DNA of 56,973 nucleotides from a virus (taxonomy: Duplodnaviria; Caudoviricetes), in the IMG/VR virus record IMGVR_UViG_3300025120_000061, positions 1-56,973 of that record; one strand, given 5' to 3'. The position numbers and the translations under genes were made by a program. The first letter of the stretch is position 1. Every line of letters begins with the position of its first letter. Positions 12,601 to 20,401 of this stretch are shown in pieces. A model generated the notes under the pieces. That model was not told where the DNA came from. It saw nothing but the letters and a program-made list of their open reading frames with translations, and did no database searches.

Positions 12601-13832
12601 AACTGCGTTGCGTTTGTGCCGTCTTGATAATAAAGTGTGTCTAGTCCAGCAGTGTAAGGTTGGATTAGTTCAGGCAATCCGCTTGCATCTTTGTAGAACT
12701 CTCTGTTACCGTATGCATCGCCTTGCTTAATTTTTACTTTTTGTCCTGTGGGCCAGTCTGTGCTGCGAGTAAGTTGAATTGTATCTACGCCGCCAATATT
12801 ATTGACTGCAATGTCATATACATCATAGCGTGTTGCGACAGGAAGTGTAGTTGTCTCATCCCAAGGATTGTCAGGATCATCAAATCCGTATCCATCAAAT
12901 GGCTGACCTGCATCCCAGGCTGTTTCGTCTGTAGTTGTATTCACAAATACTAAACTCTTGCCAGCAATTATTGTTTGCACATCAATGCCGCCATGCTCTG
13001 CAATGAATGCACTATAAGGAACATTGTGTATTTGTTTGTAGGTCAGCGTTGTAGCAAAGTCTGGATTTGCTGCTTGGGTTGTATTAATCTTATCATTTTG
13101 CGCATCTGTTTCTGGAACATTAAATGTAATGGTACCATTATCGTCACCATTATTTGTGACGCCAAGTACTTCACGAGTACTTACGTTGCTACCATAATTG
13201 CTTATGCCACTAGTGCCCGTTTCAGTTTGTATCCAGAAAGGCGTGCCTGTTTGCTGCACAGCAAATGTATAACTGCCGCCTCTTGCAAGAGTAATAGTTG
13301 GGTTAGCATTGTCACTACCATCGACGCTGTATTCATCTACTGCGGCGACTGTGCGGCGTGTTATTGTGAAATCACGTTCAGTGTCTACTGTGCTATTAAA
13401 CACCTGCACACTGTCAGGACCTGCAGGCAACCAAAAGTATTCACCATAGTTTACAAGTTTATCTAAATCAACAAATCCACTGTAGTTGTAGTACTCTTGA
13501 TCAAACAAATCACTGTGTGTGTCGACACTAACGTTGTTATAGCGTAATTGATTTATAAAATCAGTATAACCAGTTAGACTTTCAATTTGCTTGCTAGGAC
13601 TACGATATACTACTGCAGGCTCTAGCTGATAATTTTGTCTATCTGCATCAATTTCTTGCACATAGCTATCGCCTACTGTAAAATTAGGAGCAAACTTACG
13701 TCCGATAAAACTGTTAACACGCTGTAAATTAGGTTCACTAACTAGTTGGTCAACCGTAGCGTTTAGAAACTTGTTGTTCTTTGTAGTTTGGAATATAGTA
13801 GGTAGTAGTACCTGACTTTTACGAAGTGCCAT
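609..13832 (-). CDS. Giant baseplate wedge/virion structural protein (gp7-like position), 4407 aa
   Basis: Follows gp6 with a TAATG overlap. FG-GAP-like propeller repeats (LVGAP, IVGAP, FIGAP, IGSP, FVGAP), repeated beta-sandwich modules (GNGSATGFTL...ITFGSAP), SAGTGY..PTVTI repeats and FDxxxFD motifs. Confidence 0.7.
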   Translation of the reverse strand: MALRKSQVLLPTIFQTTKNNKFLNATVDQLVSEPNLQRVNSFIGRKFAPNFTVGDSYVQEIDADRQNYQLEPAVVYRSPSKQIESLTGYTDFINQLRYNNVSVDTHSDLFDQEYYNYSGFVDLDKLVNYGEYFWLPAGPDSVQVFNSTVDTERDFTITRRTVAAVDEYSVDGSDNANPTITLARGGSYTFAVQQTGTPFWIQTETGTSGISNYGSNVSTREVLGVTNNGDDNGTITFNVPETDAQNDKINTTQAANPDFATTLTYKQIHNVPYSAFIAEHGGIDVQTIIAGKSLVFVNTTTDETAWDAGQPFDGYGFDDPDNPWDETTTLPVATRYDVYDIAVNNIGGVDTIQLTRSTDWPTGQKVKIKQGDAYGNREFYKDASGLPELIQPYTAGLDTLYYQDGTNATQFGKIQLVDVDVVPAIDVENDILGKQTFTSANSVKFTNGLKVEFNSDITPSTYADREYFVEGVGQPQGITLTPVDEMLTPETYTNSTSDGFDTVAYDAGGWDGTLNAPIDQDYIVVNRSSSDRNAWSRGNRWFHREVIEATATYNSFTADIDDAARAKRPIVEFHSGLELFNMGTSSVTPVTVVDTTQVDALSNVNGTLGYFADGIDLQQDNTVIFSADTDADTRNKIYRVDIIDQDSDATTSEIINLVAIGTVVDGNCVLSTLGSNNQGKQYWLNGTTWTQAQQKTALNQDPLFDVFDPDHTSFSDTTKYPSSNFVGSKLFSYKRNNNANPDTVLNFGLTYRNFNTLGDIVFDNNFDSDKFQYTKSTGNTNVIVRSGHAHQFDIAGNRVLYNGWTKTVEHSTQYQVVSYDVINELYSFEIGASVDTTKVRQPLQVFVNGKFKYPSEYTHLVQYEREYVVFTTALAVNDVVTIKFVSNTKAIDSFYEVPDNLERNAGNATFDTLTLGQMRNHTLDISQQIKTFAGVAPGKSNIRDVNYRAYHGNILQHSAGMILPMYALTNKTANTIDSIKYVKNEYTKFKNKFIDNINKLDLDLTNPSKCVDDILTHMAGKKTSAFPFYYSDMLPWGTQKSQLVYTIDDATETEFEFNTQFDLTAISNQGVLVYHTPVSTGVADLLVEGKDYAFDTVEAKVTLTTTNLGVATVGLNVDDKVTIVEYTETNGSFVPPTPSKMGLWYKFTPAIFTDSTYATPKTVVEGHDGSIWVGWGDIRDNVLLELEKRIYNNIKTQYSKDLFDYADVVPGYFRSTLSDLSESNNISRSYYGEWALRNKVKTAPNTTVDANNGFTWNYRNSVEKITKTRLPGYWRNIYRWFYDTDTPHTTPWEMLGLSDKPNWWDARYGVAPYTAGNTVLWEDLRDGKLYSDTSSTTYTTETRRQRPALLSIIPVDEQGNLKAPKDFLVQDAYQTNVDDDWVYSDGSPAETAWRRSSEYPFVLQILASTIKPAMYGTLMFDTNMYENNTQYDQILQKNKSYRPSIADYKMHGQSNGNSDILRVEGYNQFISEFIRFNGYSIDDEITKINNLELNLCYGMAGFTDKKFLKVVAESVTPSSQSENIFIPDEDLSVYTKKSLPLERVVYSGVQIIQRSDGYEIQGYDIENPFFKIVPSSTGTEPNRVVVGEDVYFEYTDFDNKIVNIPYGTVITNKQQVFDFLVSYQRYLQSRGFVFDGTTGTGEKNDFVSSGKEFAFWTNQKWTVDSVIVVSPFSDLLTVNRAYATADDLTNGGALKDANGSIINPKYYDVSRIDNVTEIRVDTDNTQLYSVQIDPIQYEHVLVFNNTTIFNDVIFQPELGNRHSRLKLIGAKSGDWNGTLHAPGFFINEDKINIWLTYTDYKKGDIVSYQGKNYVAKYSVDASAIFDYNDWTVADNITTGLVKNLTNKANSFKNFFEIDNLNLEDGVDKLGKGTIGFNNKDYLQGLGLDDVSQVKFYQGMLKQKGTGAAINKLIDAELSNLDQSIDYFEEWAFRVGEFGSIDSNQIIETIIPEDQATNNPFVLHYHADGESKPDTLGHYHVQEKDLYKTPNNYTGSVFATRNSSSLTLNDLDSAGYARLDDVDFTVFSNDDLEALSSRIDELGKGKKIWVATDATNTWGMRRIDETLSTVISVESTGNGYLIYTTDRNHGLVADDYVIVRAAQPIGKVAKIYEVSSPNKFTVVDANTEVDIQDVRIPMYKLSSVRFAQPSDLSTYTPVSGWDSKELVWIDKDNDGDWQVLQNARPWTTTGVKEASPINADDLYGNSIAINSASTLALVGAPANGSGTIVPYVRSESGILLEGNNISAATIGDSLDSFGASLAIATDYAIVGAPDTESGKGAAFPYYIDSIGTFNRRPAIRPSGLGSSHKFGFSMAMSGNGRYLFIGAPGDNKIYVYTLIDLVAANERTFTLTGNGSATGFTLDFTPVNISALNVVDGNGKVYLPTKDFTLSGAVITFGSAPANTLQVVVRQQDYFREIGNYTAGSGAFGHSIDCDYTGKRVIVGAPNATISAKANSGEAYLYAQYVEKFIADGTAKAFTTTNTLQTKIYVEINGVLQIETNNTDVPVDNDGSTDGFYTRASKTITFKTTPAAGDIIQVYTGTFTQMQQIDQLDLDDETNGEEQFGISVGIDTKGSVIAIGSPGEDETNPNTGSVFILQDAGKNYASVTSKQGGTYSITSGHTLFIDDREVTASSSSTDPADLAADIIAANIPGVTASKNSADQLVITTTNTELYNKLSVMPGTGTSFQSGAVVDPFKLTQKISHPQAFENENFGEKVAFDKHVHNSASAYSDTRNLVIASDKASTMLATGFDIETNTNSENYLSATTTFDQSGTTFTDRRTQSGAVYAYELLNPNAPTIVDPSKMVFGQQLKSTNILELDQFGSAVVYNDNRIFVGAPNDTTTSGTTTYNNSGSVYEFNNNTRAGSWNVLRSEGTRVDVSQINRVALYNKRDGEVKVFLDYIDPAKGKIAGVASAELSYVSHADPAMYNNLWNYKYKNRLWWDTSTVHYLNAEQGNINFRTNYWAQAFPGSSIDVYEWIESTTPPSQYTGEGTVKDITQFNIANVYESKTDSTQPRYYFWVKDITSVPSDAEFRTISADSVRSLIEDPKAAGLPHVAFLDTDAVALFNCKQYFADKDVVLSINYDVVKNEGILHSEFELYGRGNTDQDIPARMYTKLVDSLAGSDSVGNPVPDPFLSEVEKYGVLTQPRQGMFVNRAAALKVLTQYTNSVLVKAPFARNSSLTKLLSSENIPTVNSGEYNITVDSSQERDFLNTAILSTGYKVLVLEDENQSDYWTIYTLQADKSWLLSNIQGYNTSDYWDYATYFATGYDATTVPAYQVTLEADLLTLTSAVTGDIAKVTSNDEGNFSMFAKTDTGWDEVIIERGTLQLNASLYSFATTNSNFEATGFDNDGFDFTAFDKVPAQEIRQIVEALKTDVFVGDYEINMNELFFRLMEYALNENNFSQDWLFKTSFITVAHKIRSLDQYNTFKFDNTNFIEDFINEVKPYKTKIREYVSKYDKVDTYGSDTTDFDVHTYYDESLRYFRKPSGERSGDEILQTQGLNKPWSENYGYILNSIQVVSAGTGYITDPTVTISAPQLAGGVQAVAVAKTNGSSIISITMTNKGSGYTAEPTITITGSGTGILVSPRLVNTTVRSFDTTIKFDRITYTSSVKDWAASTAYTAGDVISYQNTVIGKQEVYDCVVSFTSGATFSVENASGTPVLTVKDDADFTNTADRIAAYYYPVDGMIGDDLEQLQKGTGYLGTKIDGPNFDQDPGFDSGNFDVIAFDNFEIDSDGLAVLAGLDTTITSLFTDLALGTRPEDINIDGAGFVDTYNSHAPEELVPGRVYDTLDMEVYSHASHDYEGDGNAMEIRYVSFTDATGVVTDFNYGRTDKSADDYNTLIVYRNAVREYNFTTNFKTKTITLSSPLSVTDILHVYAYGQTGEKMVGEFTFEGDGIQEIFILANDPSNVLQSLVFVNGVETSPVFAASDGKTTMTFATAPAADAQIHVFTFNQATSRDAPSKYKLQTTTLSAGTYTYSLTNTVNYAQPLDANTIVEIDGVRLRPANSKYHSGDGSTTQFNISTTAGETTIVNPGDIGVAVIQQSTNTTLNAVRNIDYTATAGVAFITMTTAPADGDTVIVYNRASAEYSISGDGQEITIDGSVSFSSSSTMRVNTFANHDPLRIQTKVHVGQGTGSTTVIDEFDEVNFDTAGFDRSVVSGTVGTYDLDRTVTNVNNFWVTVNGVRLHPGDYITNGAEIVMSTQIQATISGTSVVVITHIIENQIQPSTGFRIFQDMNGTVEYLRMCKDATTEIATDVLLTDTKIYVKDASVLPQVDVNSEYPGVVFVGAERVTYWEINTTDNYITGLRRGTGGTPILNRVVPGFLVVDGGKDQYLPAADTHTKTWYDLGSGVAADGLGLQQSSTTNANFLKACQAQVPNYKAELNAAEYVEDNYVDDDYVERLF

Positions 13833-16800
13833 TAGTATCCATATCCTCCGCCGCTACTGCCACTACTAGAGCTGCTGGAACTGCTTGAGCCACTGCTACT
13901 ACTTGAACCTGTAGTTGTAGATGTGACTGTGTTTGTTGCTGTATTTACTGTTGTGCTGGCACCGCTTGCACTTGCACTTTCTGCAGCGAGATTCGTTGAT
14001 GTAGTGTTAACAACATTACCGCTTGCTTGTAAACTGTTTGCTGTAATAACGTCGATAACTTCAATGTCATTCACTGTTGCTGCACTAATTAAAATTTCAT
14101 CTCGCTGACTCTGAATTTGGAATAAACTTCCAAAGTTGCTAGTTGCTAGTTTAGGAACAATAACAATACTAAGCACATCTGGACTAAGCATTGAGTACAA
14201 ATAAGCAGCAAGTTCACTAAAGAAGAAGCTATCACCAAAGTCCCAGTTTTCAATAGCAAAGTAATCATTGATGGCTGCAACTGTGCGCTCTTTTATTTCA
14301 CTATCACTAATAAGTGTGCTGGTGTTTTTAACTACTTTAAATGTTGCTTGCAATTCTTCATCTGCCTTGTCGCCAAATAGAGGTCTGTAACTGATACTGT
14401 TAAAAATAATAGTGTCACTTACACTTTTATACTGTTCTAAACTACCAAACTGATCACGCAGTTCGTTTGTAGTTGGCTTTACTGGTTTTGTTATGCTTCC
14501 AGTAATATCAGTTACATAGTTTCTATAATCATTGTTATACTGGCTTGTGAGCAAGAATAAATCTACAATGTTACTTGGACTTGGATCAATACGTCTATTG
14601 TTTGGACTGTTGTGTGTATACTGGAACAACAAGTCATCGCGTCCTGTGCGCTTGACATAATCAGTAGTTTGTGCTATACTTTTTATATTAGAACCACTTA
14701 CACTTAAAATGTAAAACTTGTCATCTGTGCTTGCATAGAATATTTGTCCACTAGAGAACTGTGCAATAACTTCATTGATTGCTGCTTGTGTTGCATAGCG
14801 TTGTTCGATAGTTGTAGTTGTAACAGGAGTATATGTTAAGTAGCCGCCGGCACTTGTACTGGTCTGATAAAACACAACTTTAGTTGCTGGGCTTGTAAGT
14901 GGTGCCACAACAATATCAAACACTTCTGGATTATCAACTACACCGTCACTGTCAACATCAGGGAATGTTACTTTAATTCTGTTTGTTAGTGTATAACCAT
15001 CTGTTTCTGTGATTACATCATCAATCTGCATTGCATAGTCAACTGCTAGACTGCTAACACTGTCAGGTAAACTATTTACTTTTAAGATATTAACTTTGTC
15101 TTTAATTGTTTTGCCTGTGCGAGGATCAAATATTTTTAGATCATTGTCAAAATAGAAACGTGTCTCTAGTTTACTTTCAAATATATAACTTGTGCTGCGG
15201 AAGTCAACAGTATATGTTGATCCATCATTAGTAAATTTAAAGAACCAACTGTTGTCCAAACTAACATTACTTGTGTTGCCTGCATATACTAAACTAAATG
15301 TAGTTGTCTGATCTAAATCCAAAGCATCAATAATTGTCCAGGCTTGTGTGTCTCTGTCATAGCGTAAACCAAAAGTCTTAAAATCGCCAATTGCTTGAAT
15401 AATGCTGTTTCTTACTGTGCTATCAATTGCAGTATTCCACGGTGCAATAACTTTATCCAACACTGCATCCTGAGGAATAACTTCACTGAGAGTAACTGGT
15501 CCAACACCTGTTTCTAAATTACCAACACCTTGGTTAGTACCATCAGTGACTACTGCACTTATACTAGCCCAGATATAATCTCTGGTATTAATTGTACCAC
15601 TTGTGCCTGTAATTAGATTGTTGTTAATGTCAAATACTTTACCACTTGGCGCAGTAAACTTTAGCAGTGCGCCTACTTTTACATATTTCAAATTACTGGT
15701 TGCAAAACTGCCGATTTTTAGAGGACTATTCACATCGTTTTTAAAGTAACCTGTTACTGTACCACTGCTAGTCGTTGCTAAATTCCAACTAGCAGTAAGT
15801 CCTGTCACATCAATACCTCCGTAGTTTTTAAGATAATAATGCAAACTTTCGTTTTTAAGAATATTCTTTTCTACTTGCTGGCTTAAAGTATTACTAATAT
15901 CGCTGTCTGTAATAAATGTGAATTGGAACTGTTGTAGATCTTCTGTACGATAGAAAATTCCATCTTCTGCAACAATGTTTGTGCTACTATACTTTCCTGT
16001 TGTATCACGCACATCCAAATATCGGCTAATGCCACTAGCAGTTCTGTTAATTGCTTTTGACTTGATAACATTGCTAAACTTTGTGTAAGGGAGGATTTGA
16101 TAATCCTCACCTGTAATCATACGATCCTGTGTGTAATACTGTTGCTGTGCTTTTAATTTAACGTCACGTAGATTTTCTCTGCCGCTTGCATTAGCAACAG
16201 TGCTTTGTAAACTTAGGTTTACTGTCAAATTTTCAATTTGATTACTGTGACTGATATACGGAATTACAATTTGCAAGTTTTGCATATCATCAGGACTGAT
16301 CTTATATGTTGTCCCAGCACCTGTACGGAAATACACACGGAAGTTACCAACTGGGATATTTGAGAAAACATCATCGCCAAACACCAAACTGATCTGATCG
16401 TTTGCACGGCTACGCACAGTGAACAAGTTCTTATTGTTTGCACTTAAACTGTTATAGATAACATTGTTACCACTGATTGCTGGTACTTTATCCCAGCGTG
16501 TAGTTTCTCTACCTTGATCGTCTACTTGATACAACCAAACATCATTGTTGTCAACATTATTAATGTCTAGTTCTACTGTGCGGTTAGGTAGTTTCTCAGC
16601 AATACTAAAGTCTGCACTTTGCAAGTTACCTTGTTTAAAGTAAAAGAAAAATCCGTTGTTAGCACTGTTAAAGCCTCTGTTATCATTACGATAGAGAATG
16701 TTTGTTGTGCTACTAGGTTGAGGTGCTACTTCATATAAAAAGTCTGTGCCACTATAGGTTCCTTTGACAAGTTCAAAGTCTAGATTCTGTGCTCCTACAT

Positions 16801-17410
16801 CGCTTCTAAAATCATAAATTGGAACAGTGCCAGGATTTAGTTTCAATTGATATTCTTCAATGTTTATACCACCGACTGTGGTTTTTAGACCTGGGTTGCC
16901 AAACTGTTGTGTGCTGACCATACTTGAGTTAAGAATTGTAGTAAACTGCTCTAAAAAGTCGCTGTTTGTTGGATCACCCCAACTAATTTCCGTGTCACGA
17001 AGGCTGTTTCCGTTGCTGTCAGTGATTGCTTCTGTTGTTTCTACGCTTACTACCTTAAGTAAACCACGTGCAATCTGCTGACGCTTTGGATAATAGTTAA
17101 GCATGCGAGCCAAGCGTAGTATGCTGTCTCTGCGTTCTGCTGTTTCTAGGAAGTTTTCTCTGGCATTTAAGTCTGCACGGAAACTAAGGCTTTGTCCTAG
17201 AAATGCAATCAAATCAATCAGTGCAACATATTCACTTGATTCGATAAAGTCGTTGAAATCTTCTGGGTAATATGTACGAAGGTAATCCACCATACTCTTA
17301 CGAATGGTTTCATAGTCGTAGCTCTGAAAATCTGCTTCACGGAAGGTCTCGTAGACTTTCTTCCAGTCTTCAGCAGCAAATAAATTTGATTGTCTTGTAC
17401 TAGCAGCCAT
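13832..17410 (-). CDS. gp6: Baseplate wedge subunit, T4 gp6-like
   Basis: N-terminal DFQSYDYETIRKSM..YL...FNDFIESS...LIDLIA...ARENFLETAERRDSILRLARMLNY; FGDD; Q.RMITGEDY; adjacent to gp25. Confidence 0.85.
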   Translation of the reverse strand: MAASTRQSNLFAAEDWKKVYETFREADFQSYDYETIRKSMVDYLRTYYPEDFNDFIESSEYVALIDLIAFLGQSLSFRADLNARENFLETAERRDSILRLARMLNYYPKRQQIARGLLKVVSVETTEAITDSNGNSLRDTEISWGDPTNSDFLEQFTTILNSSMVSTQQFGNPGLKTTVGGINIEEYQLKLNPGTVPIYDFRSDVGAQNLDFELVKGTYSGTDFLYEVAPQPSSTTNILYRNDNRGFNSANNGFFFYFKQGNLQSADFSIAEKLPNRTVELDINNVDNNDVWLYQVDDQGRETTRWDKVPAISGNNVIYNSLSANNKNLFTVRSRANDQISLVFGDDVFSNIPVGNFRVYFRTGAGTTYKISPDDMQNLQIVIPYISHSNQIENLTVNLSLQSTVANASGRENLRDVKLKAQQQYYTQDRMITGEDYQILPYTKFSNVIKSKAINRTASGISRYLDVRDTTGKYSSTNIVAEDGIFYRTEDLQQFQFTFITDSDISNTLSQQVEKNILKNESLHYYLKNYGGIDVTGLTASWNLATTSSGTVTGYFKNDVNSPLKIGSFATSNLKYVKVGALLKFTAPSGKVFDINNNLITGTSGTINTRDYIWASISAVVTDGTNQGVGNLETGVGPVTLSEVIPQDAVLDKVIAPWNTAIDSTVRNSIIQAIGDFKTFGLRYDRDTQAWTIIDALDLDQTTTFSLVYAGNTSNVSLDNSWFFKFTNDGSTYTVDFRSTSYIFESKLETRFYFDNDLKIFDPRTGKTIKDKVNILKVNSLPDSVSSLAVDYAMQIDDVITETDGYTLTNRIKVTFPDVDSDGVVDNPEVFDIVVAPLTSPATKVVFYQTSTSAGGYLTYTPVTTTTIEQRYATQAAINEVIAQFSSGQIFYASTDDKFYILSVSGSNIKSIAQTTDYVKRTGRDDLLFQYTHNSPNNRRIDPSPSNIVDLFLLTSQYNNDYRNYVTDITGSITKPVKPTTNELRDQFGSLEQYKSVSDTIIFNSISYRPLFGDKADEELQATFKVVKNTSTLISDSEIKERTVAAINDYFAIENWDFGDSFFFSELAAYLYSMLSPDVLSIVIVPKLATSNFGSLFQIQSQRDEILISAATVNDIEVIDVITANSLQASGNVVNTTSTNLAAESASASGASTTVNTATNTVTSTTTGSSSSSGSSSSSSSSSGSSGGGYGY

Positions 17411-17463
17411 GTTTTAATATTCCTATCTTATGCAGTATTTATTTGCGGAATAAAGTAGGTATA

Positions 17464-17841
17464 TTATATTGCAGCGTTGTCTGGTCTATCAAAGCGTACT
17501 ACAAGGTTTTCTACTTGATTGTCGAGTACATACCTAACAGACATTTCGATTTGTAGTCCGTTTTCATATTCGTCTAGTGTAATACCTTCGCTGCGCACTC
17601 TGGGATCATTTTCAATAACAGCATTTACTTCTTGTATCACAATCGCTTTGGTTTCTTCTGTCAGAGGATCCATGATTAAATCACGCAAACTAGTGCCAAA
17701 TTCGCCATTCATAAGTTTTTCACCTTTGCGAATAGCAAAGTGATTGAGTAAATCTCGTTTAATTAAATCAGTATCAGTTAACTTTGAACTACTAAAGTTA
17801 TTGTTTACTGTACTGAATCCTTTGTATGTTGCTATAGCCAT
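17464..17841 (-). CDS. gp25: Baseplate wedge subunit gp25-like (start revised to MAIATYKGF at 17841)
   Basis: IKRDLLNHFAIRKGEKLMNGEFGTSL...I.ENDPRV is the gp25/GPW signature. GGAG and TAAATA precede the ATG at 17841. Confidence 0.85.
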   Translation of the reverse strand: MAIATYKGFSTVNNNFSSSKLTDTDLIKRDLLNHFAIRKGEKLMNGEFGTSLRDLIMDPLTEETKAIVIQEVNAVIENDPRVRSEGITLDEYENGLQIEMSVRYVLDNQVENLVVRFDRPDNAAI

Positions 17842-17848
17842 AATGTAT

Positions 17849-20398
17849 TTACTCCGCAGGGTTCGCTTTATCAACACCTGCATATATCTGTAGTATTGAT
17901 TCGTTTAGTTGTTTTTGTTGGTCAGGTGAAAGTTGTGCTTGCTTACTGAACATTTCCAAGTGTTTTTGTGCGGCTTCGCTGTTAGACTGTGCCACTCCTT
18001 GTTTTGGTTCAACTTCACGCTTTACTGTGTCTGATCTAATTTGATCTACACGCCTCGCCGCGGCGGCGCCAGTCTGCATATTTTGTTTTACAATACTAGC
18101 AATGTCTTCACCACTTGGAATATTTGTAGTGTTAGGCAACACTCCTTCTATGCTACTAAATCCTTGTCTAACTTGTGCAACAATTTCAGGAGATGCCGAA
18201 TTACTTGCAGTTAACATACTCATAATTTCTTGTTTGCCGTCACCAAGTTTAATTGCACCGCTGTTTACCATTGTTTGGTAATCATCTGCTACCACTGCTT
18301 GCTGTAAACTTTCTTGTAATCCAGAGTTACCAAGGAATCTATTTAGGCTAGATGCACCTCCTTTGCCTGTCCATACACTACTATCACTTAGTTGATCGTT
18401 AAACACCGCTTCAGGGCGCACAAAGCCTTGCTTTTTTAATTGGTCAACATTGACACCAAATTTGCCAACACTTTTTGTTACACTGTCTATAAATGCTGGA
18501 TTATTCAAACTTCCTGCTTGCTGCACAACTGCAGCATTAAGTCCTTGTACATCAAAACTATCCAATGCTCCGACACTAAATCCTGTGTTTACTTGCTTGA
18601 CCATATCTGTAACAGGAAACTTATTGAGTGCAGGACTGCTTAACACTGATCCAAGTTGATCTTGTATCTGCGGAAGTACTTTATTAAACTCACCAACTGC
18701 ACCTGGCAGTTGTGCTTGTAGTTGACCTGCCATTCCTGTGATCTTTCCGCTAAAGTCTTTAGTAAAGCTATCTAAATCTGCACCAGCTAGTGGACCGGCT
18801 GCGCCTGCAAATTGACTAGTAAGATCACCCACTGGTAAGTTACTAGTGATGTTTTCAAAACTTCCAGTAACAGCTGGTAAAGCACCACCGAGAGCACCAG
18901 GACTTAACCCGGGTACAGAAATAGGCAGTGATACAGCCGAAGAAAGAATACTAAATCCGCCTGTAGGTGACCCGCCGCCGCCTGCAAGTCCCCCGCTGTA
19001 CGGAGTGGCAATGTTTGCAGAGCCGTGTCCTATAAAAGGTTCGTGCATAGTAAGTCTATCAATACTAGTACTAAGCATTTGTTCTTCGTCTAGTATAAAT
19101 TGGTTACTTGCAGGATCATATGTAGTATCTTCTTTTTGTCCAGCCGTAATTTTTTTTGCTTGCTTTGCTTGTGTTCTTGGTCCTTGAAGCAGTACCATTG
19201 CACCTGCTACACTGATATTGCCGCCGGCATTGTAATAACTTGCACCTGTGCTTGTAGCAAATATTTCACTGCTTGAATGCAAATGCAAATTCTTTTTTCC
19301 GTTTATACCAATTTCACCTTCACTAAATGCTGTAAGTTCTTGCTTGCCTTCAAGAGCAAGTTGTTTTTCACTTACTATTTGTGTGTAACCTTTGCTGTGA
19401 AATTTAATGTTTTGGTCAGCATGAAAGTTAATATTTGTGCTTCGAAAGTTAATACTATCTTGTGCATACACATCCATTGTGCCATTGTTGCTTAGTTCAA
19501 TCCAAACACTGCCTGTGCTATTGCCTACATAGATTACACCTTCACTGTCATTTAATAAAAGTTGATGTCCTGAGCTTGTACGCAAACGAACTTGATTGCT
19601 GTTTCCATCAATGTCCCCATCATCAAGTGTTACGCTATGCCCTTTACGTCTATTAGGACCTAATAGTCCATCAATTACATTTTTGTCTGCAGTGTCAGGA
19701 TTTTTTACCTGTTCGCTGTAGGTTGTTAAAAAGTCAGTGCCTTGTGCAGTAATGCGTCTGCCTTTTGAACTAATACCAATAAGTTCGCTAGGCGATTCTC
19801 TCATATATCCGCTGTTGTTTATACCTCTTACACTGTCAGCATCTAATCCTTGTTGTATCAAATATCCTTGTGTGAAAAAATCGGTAGGCCTTGGTTCTTT
19901 TCTAAAATTATCAACTTTTTTAGAACTGTGTTCTCCGTTAGGATTATCATTAAATTCACCGCCGGCTTCACCGTCAGCGTTTCTTGTTGATTCAGGAACT
20001 GCTTGCAGCATAAATGTGTCAGGCACACAAGCAAAATAATAACCTTCGGCATTCTTACCATCAGCAAAAACACATAGCACTGTGGTTCCTAGATCCGGCG
20101 GTGGAGTGATAATGCCACTACTAACTTTTGTGCTTAGGTATGTGTTAAGAGGTCCTTGGCTATCTGCTCTACTATAAAAAGGACTACAGTAGCGTACTGT
20201 GCGCCATTGCGACTTATCGTTTGGGTTTGTACTATATGTAGGAATCCAAACTTTAATTACACCCATGTGTGCACCGTGTACATTTGCTTTGACAATACCA
20301 GTAACAATACCGCGTTCTTCTCTAACGCCTGTTAGGTTAGCAGTGTTATAATTCGGATCGCCGCCTCTGGTTCCAGTTCTTGAAATATCTATTGCCAT
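17849..20398 (-). CDS. gp5: Baseplate central spike, gp5/VgrG-like, with a C-terminal lysozyme-like domain
   Basis: OB-fold-like N-terminus (GIVK..HMGVIKVWIP...PPDLGTTVLCVF); RLRTSSGHQLLLNDS..IYVGNSTGSVWIELSNNG beta-helix entry; position upstream of gp25. Confidence 0.7.
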   Translation of the reverse strand: MAIDISRTGTRGGDPNYNTANLTGVREERGIVTGIVKANVHGAHMGVIKVWIPTYSTNPNDKSQWRTVRYCSPFYSRADSQGPLNTYLSTKVSSGIITPPPDLGTTVLCVFADGKNAEGYYFACVPDTFMLQAVPESTRNADGEAGGEFNDNPNGEHSSKKVDNFRKEPRPTDFFTQGYLIQQGLDADSVRGINNSGYMRESPSELIGISSKGRRITAQGTDFLTTYSEQVKNPDTADKNVIDGLLGPNRRKGHSVTLDDGDIDGNSNQVRLRTSSGHQLLLNDSEGVIYVGNSTGSVWIELSNNGTMDVYAQDSINFRSTNINFHADQNIKFHSKGYTQIVSEKQLALEGKQELTAFSEGEIGINGKKNLHLHSSSEIFATSTGASYYNAGGNISVAGAMVLLQGPRTQAKQAKKITAGQKEDTTYDPASNQFILDEEQMLSTSIDRLTMHEPFIGHGSANIATPYSGGLAGGGGSPTGGFSILSSAVSLPISVPGLSPGALGGALPAVTGSFENITSNLPVGDLTSQFAGAAGPLAGADLDSFTKDFSGKITGMAGQLQAQLPGAVGEFNKVLPQIQDQLGSVLSSPALNKFPVTDMVKQVNTGFSVGALDSFDVQGLNAAVVQQAGSLNNPAFIDSVTKSVGKFGVNVDQLKKQGFVRPEAVFNDQLSDSSVWTGKGGASSLNRFLGNSGLQESLQQAVVADDYQTMVNSGAIKLGDGKQEIMSMLTASNSASPEIVAQVRQGFSSIEGVLPNTTNIPSGEDIASIVKQNMQTGAAAARRVDQIRSDTVKREVEPKQGVAQSNSEAAQKHLEMFSKQAQLSPDQQKQLNESILQIYAGVDKANPAE

Positions 20399-20401
20399 TG
20401 A

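Noticed and set aside
17842-17883. ORF-track N-terminal extensions of gp25 (also gp26 to 33833, TMP from 33756, core from 40395)
   Set aside because: Better SD-supported starts lie downstream; the extensions overlap neighbouring genes or promoters.
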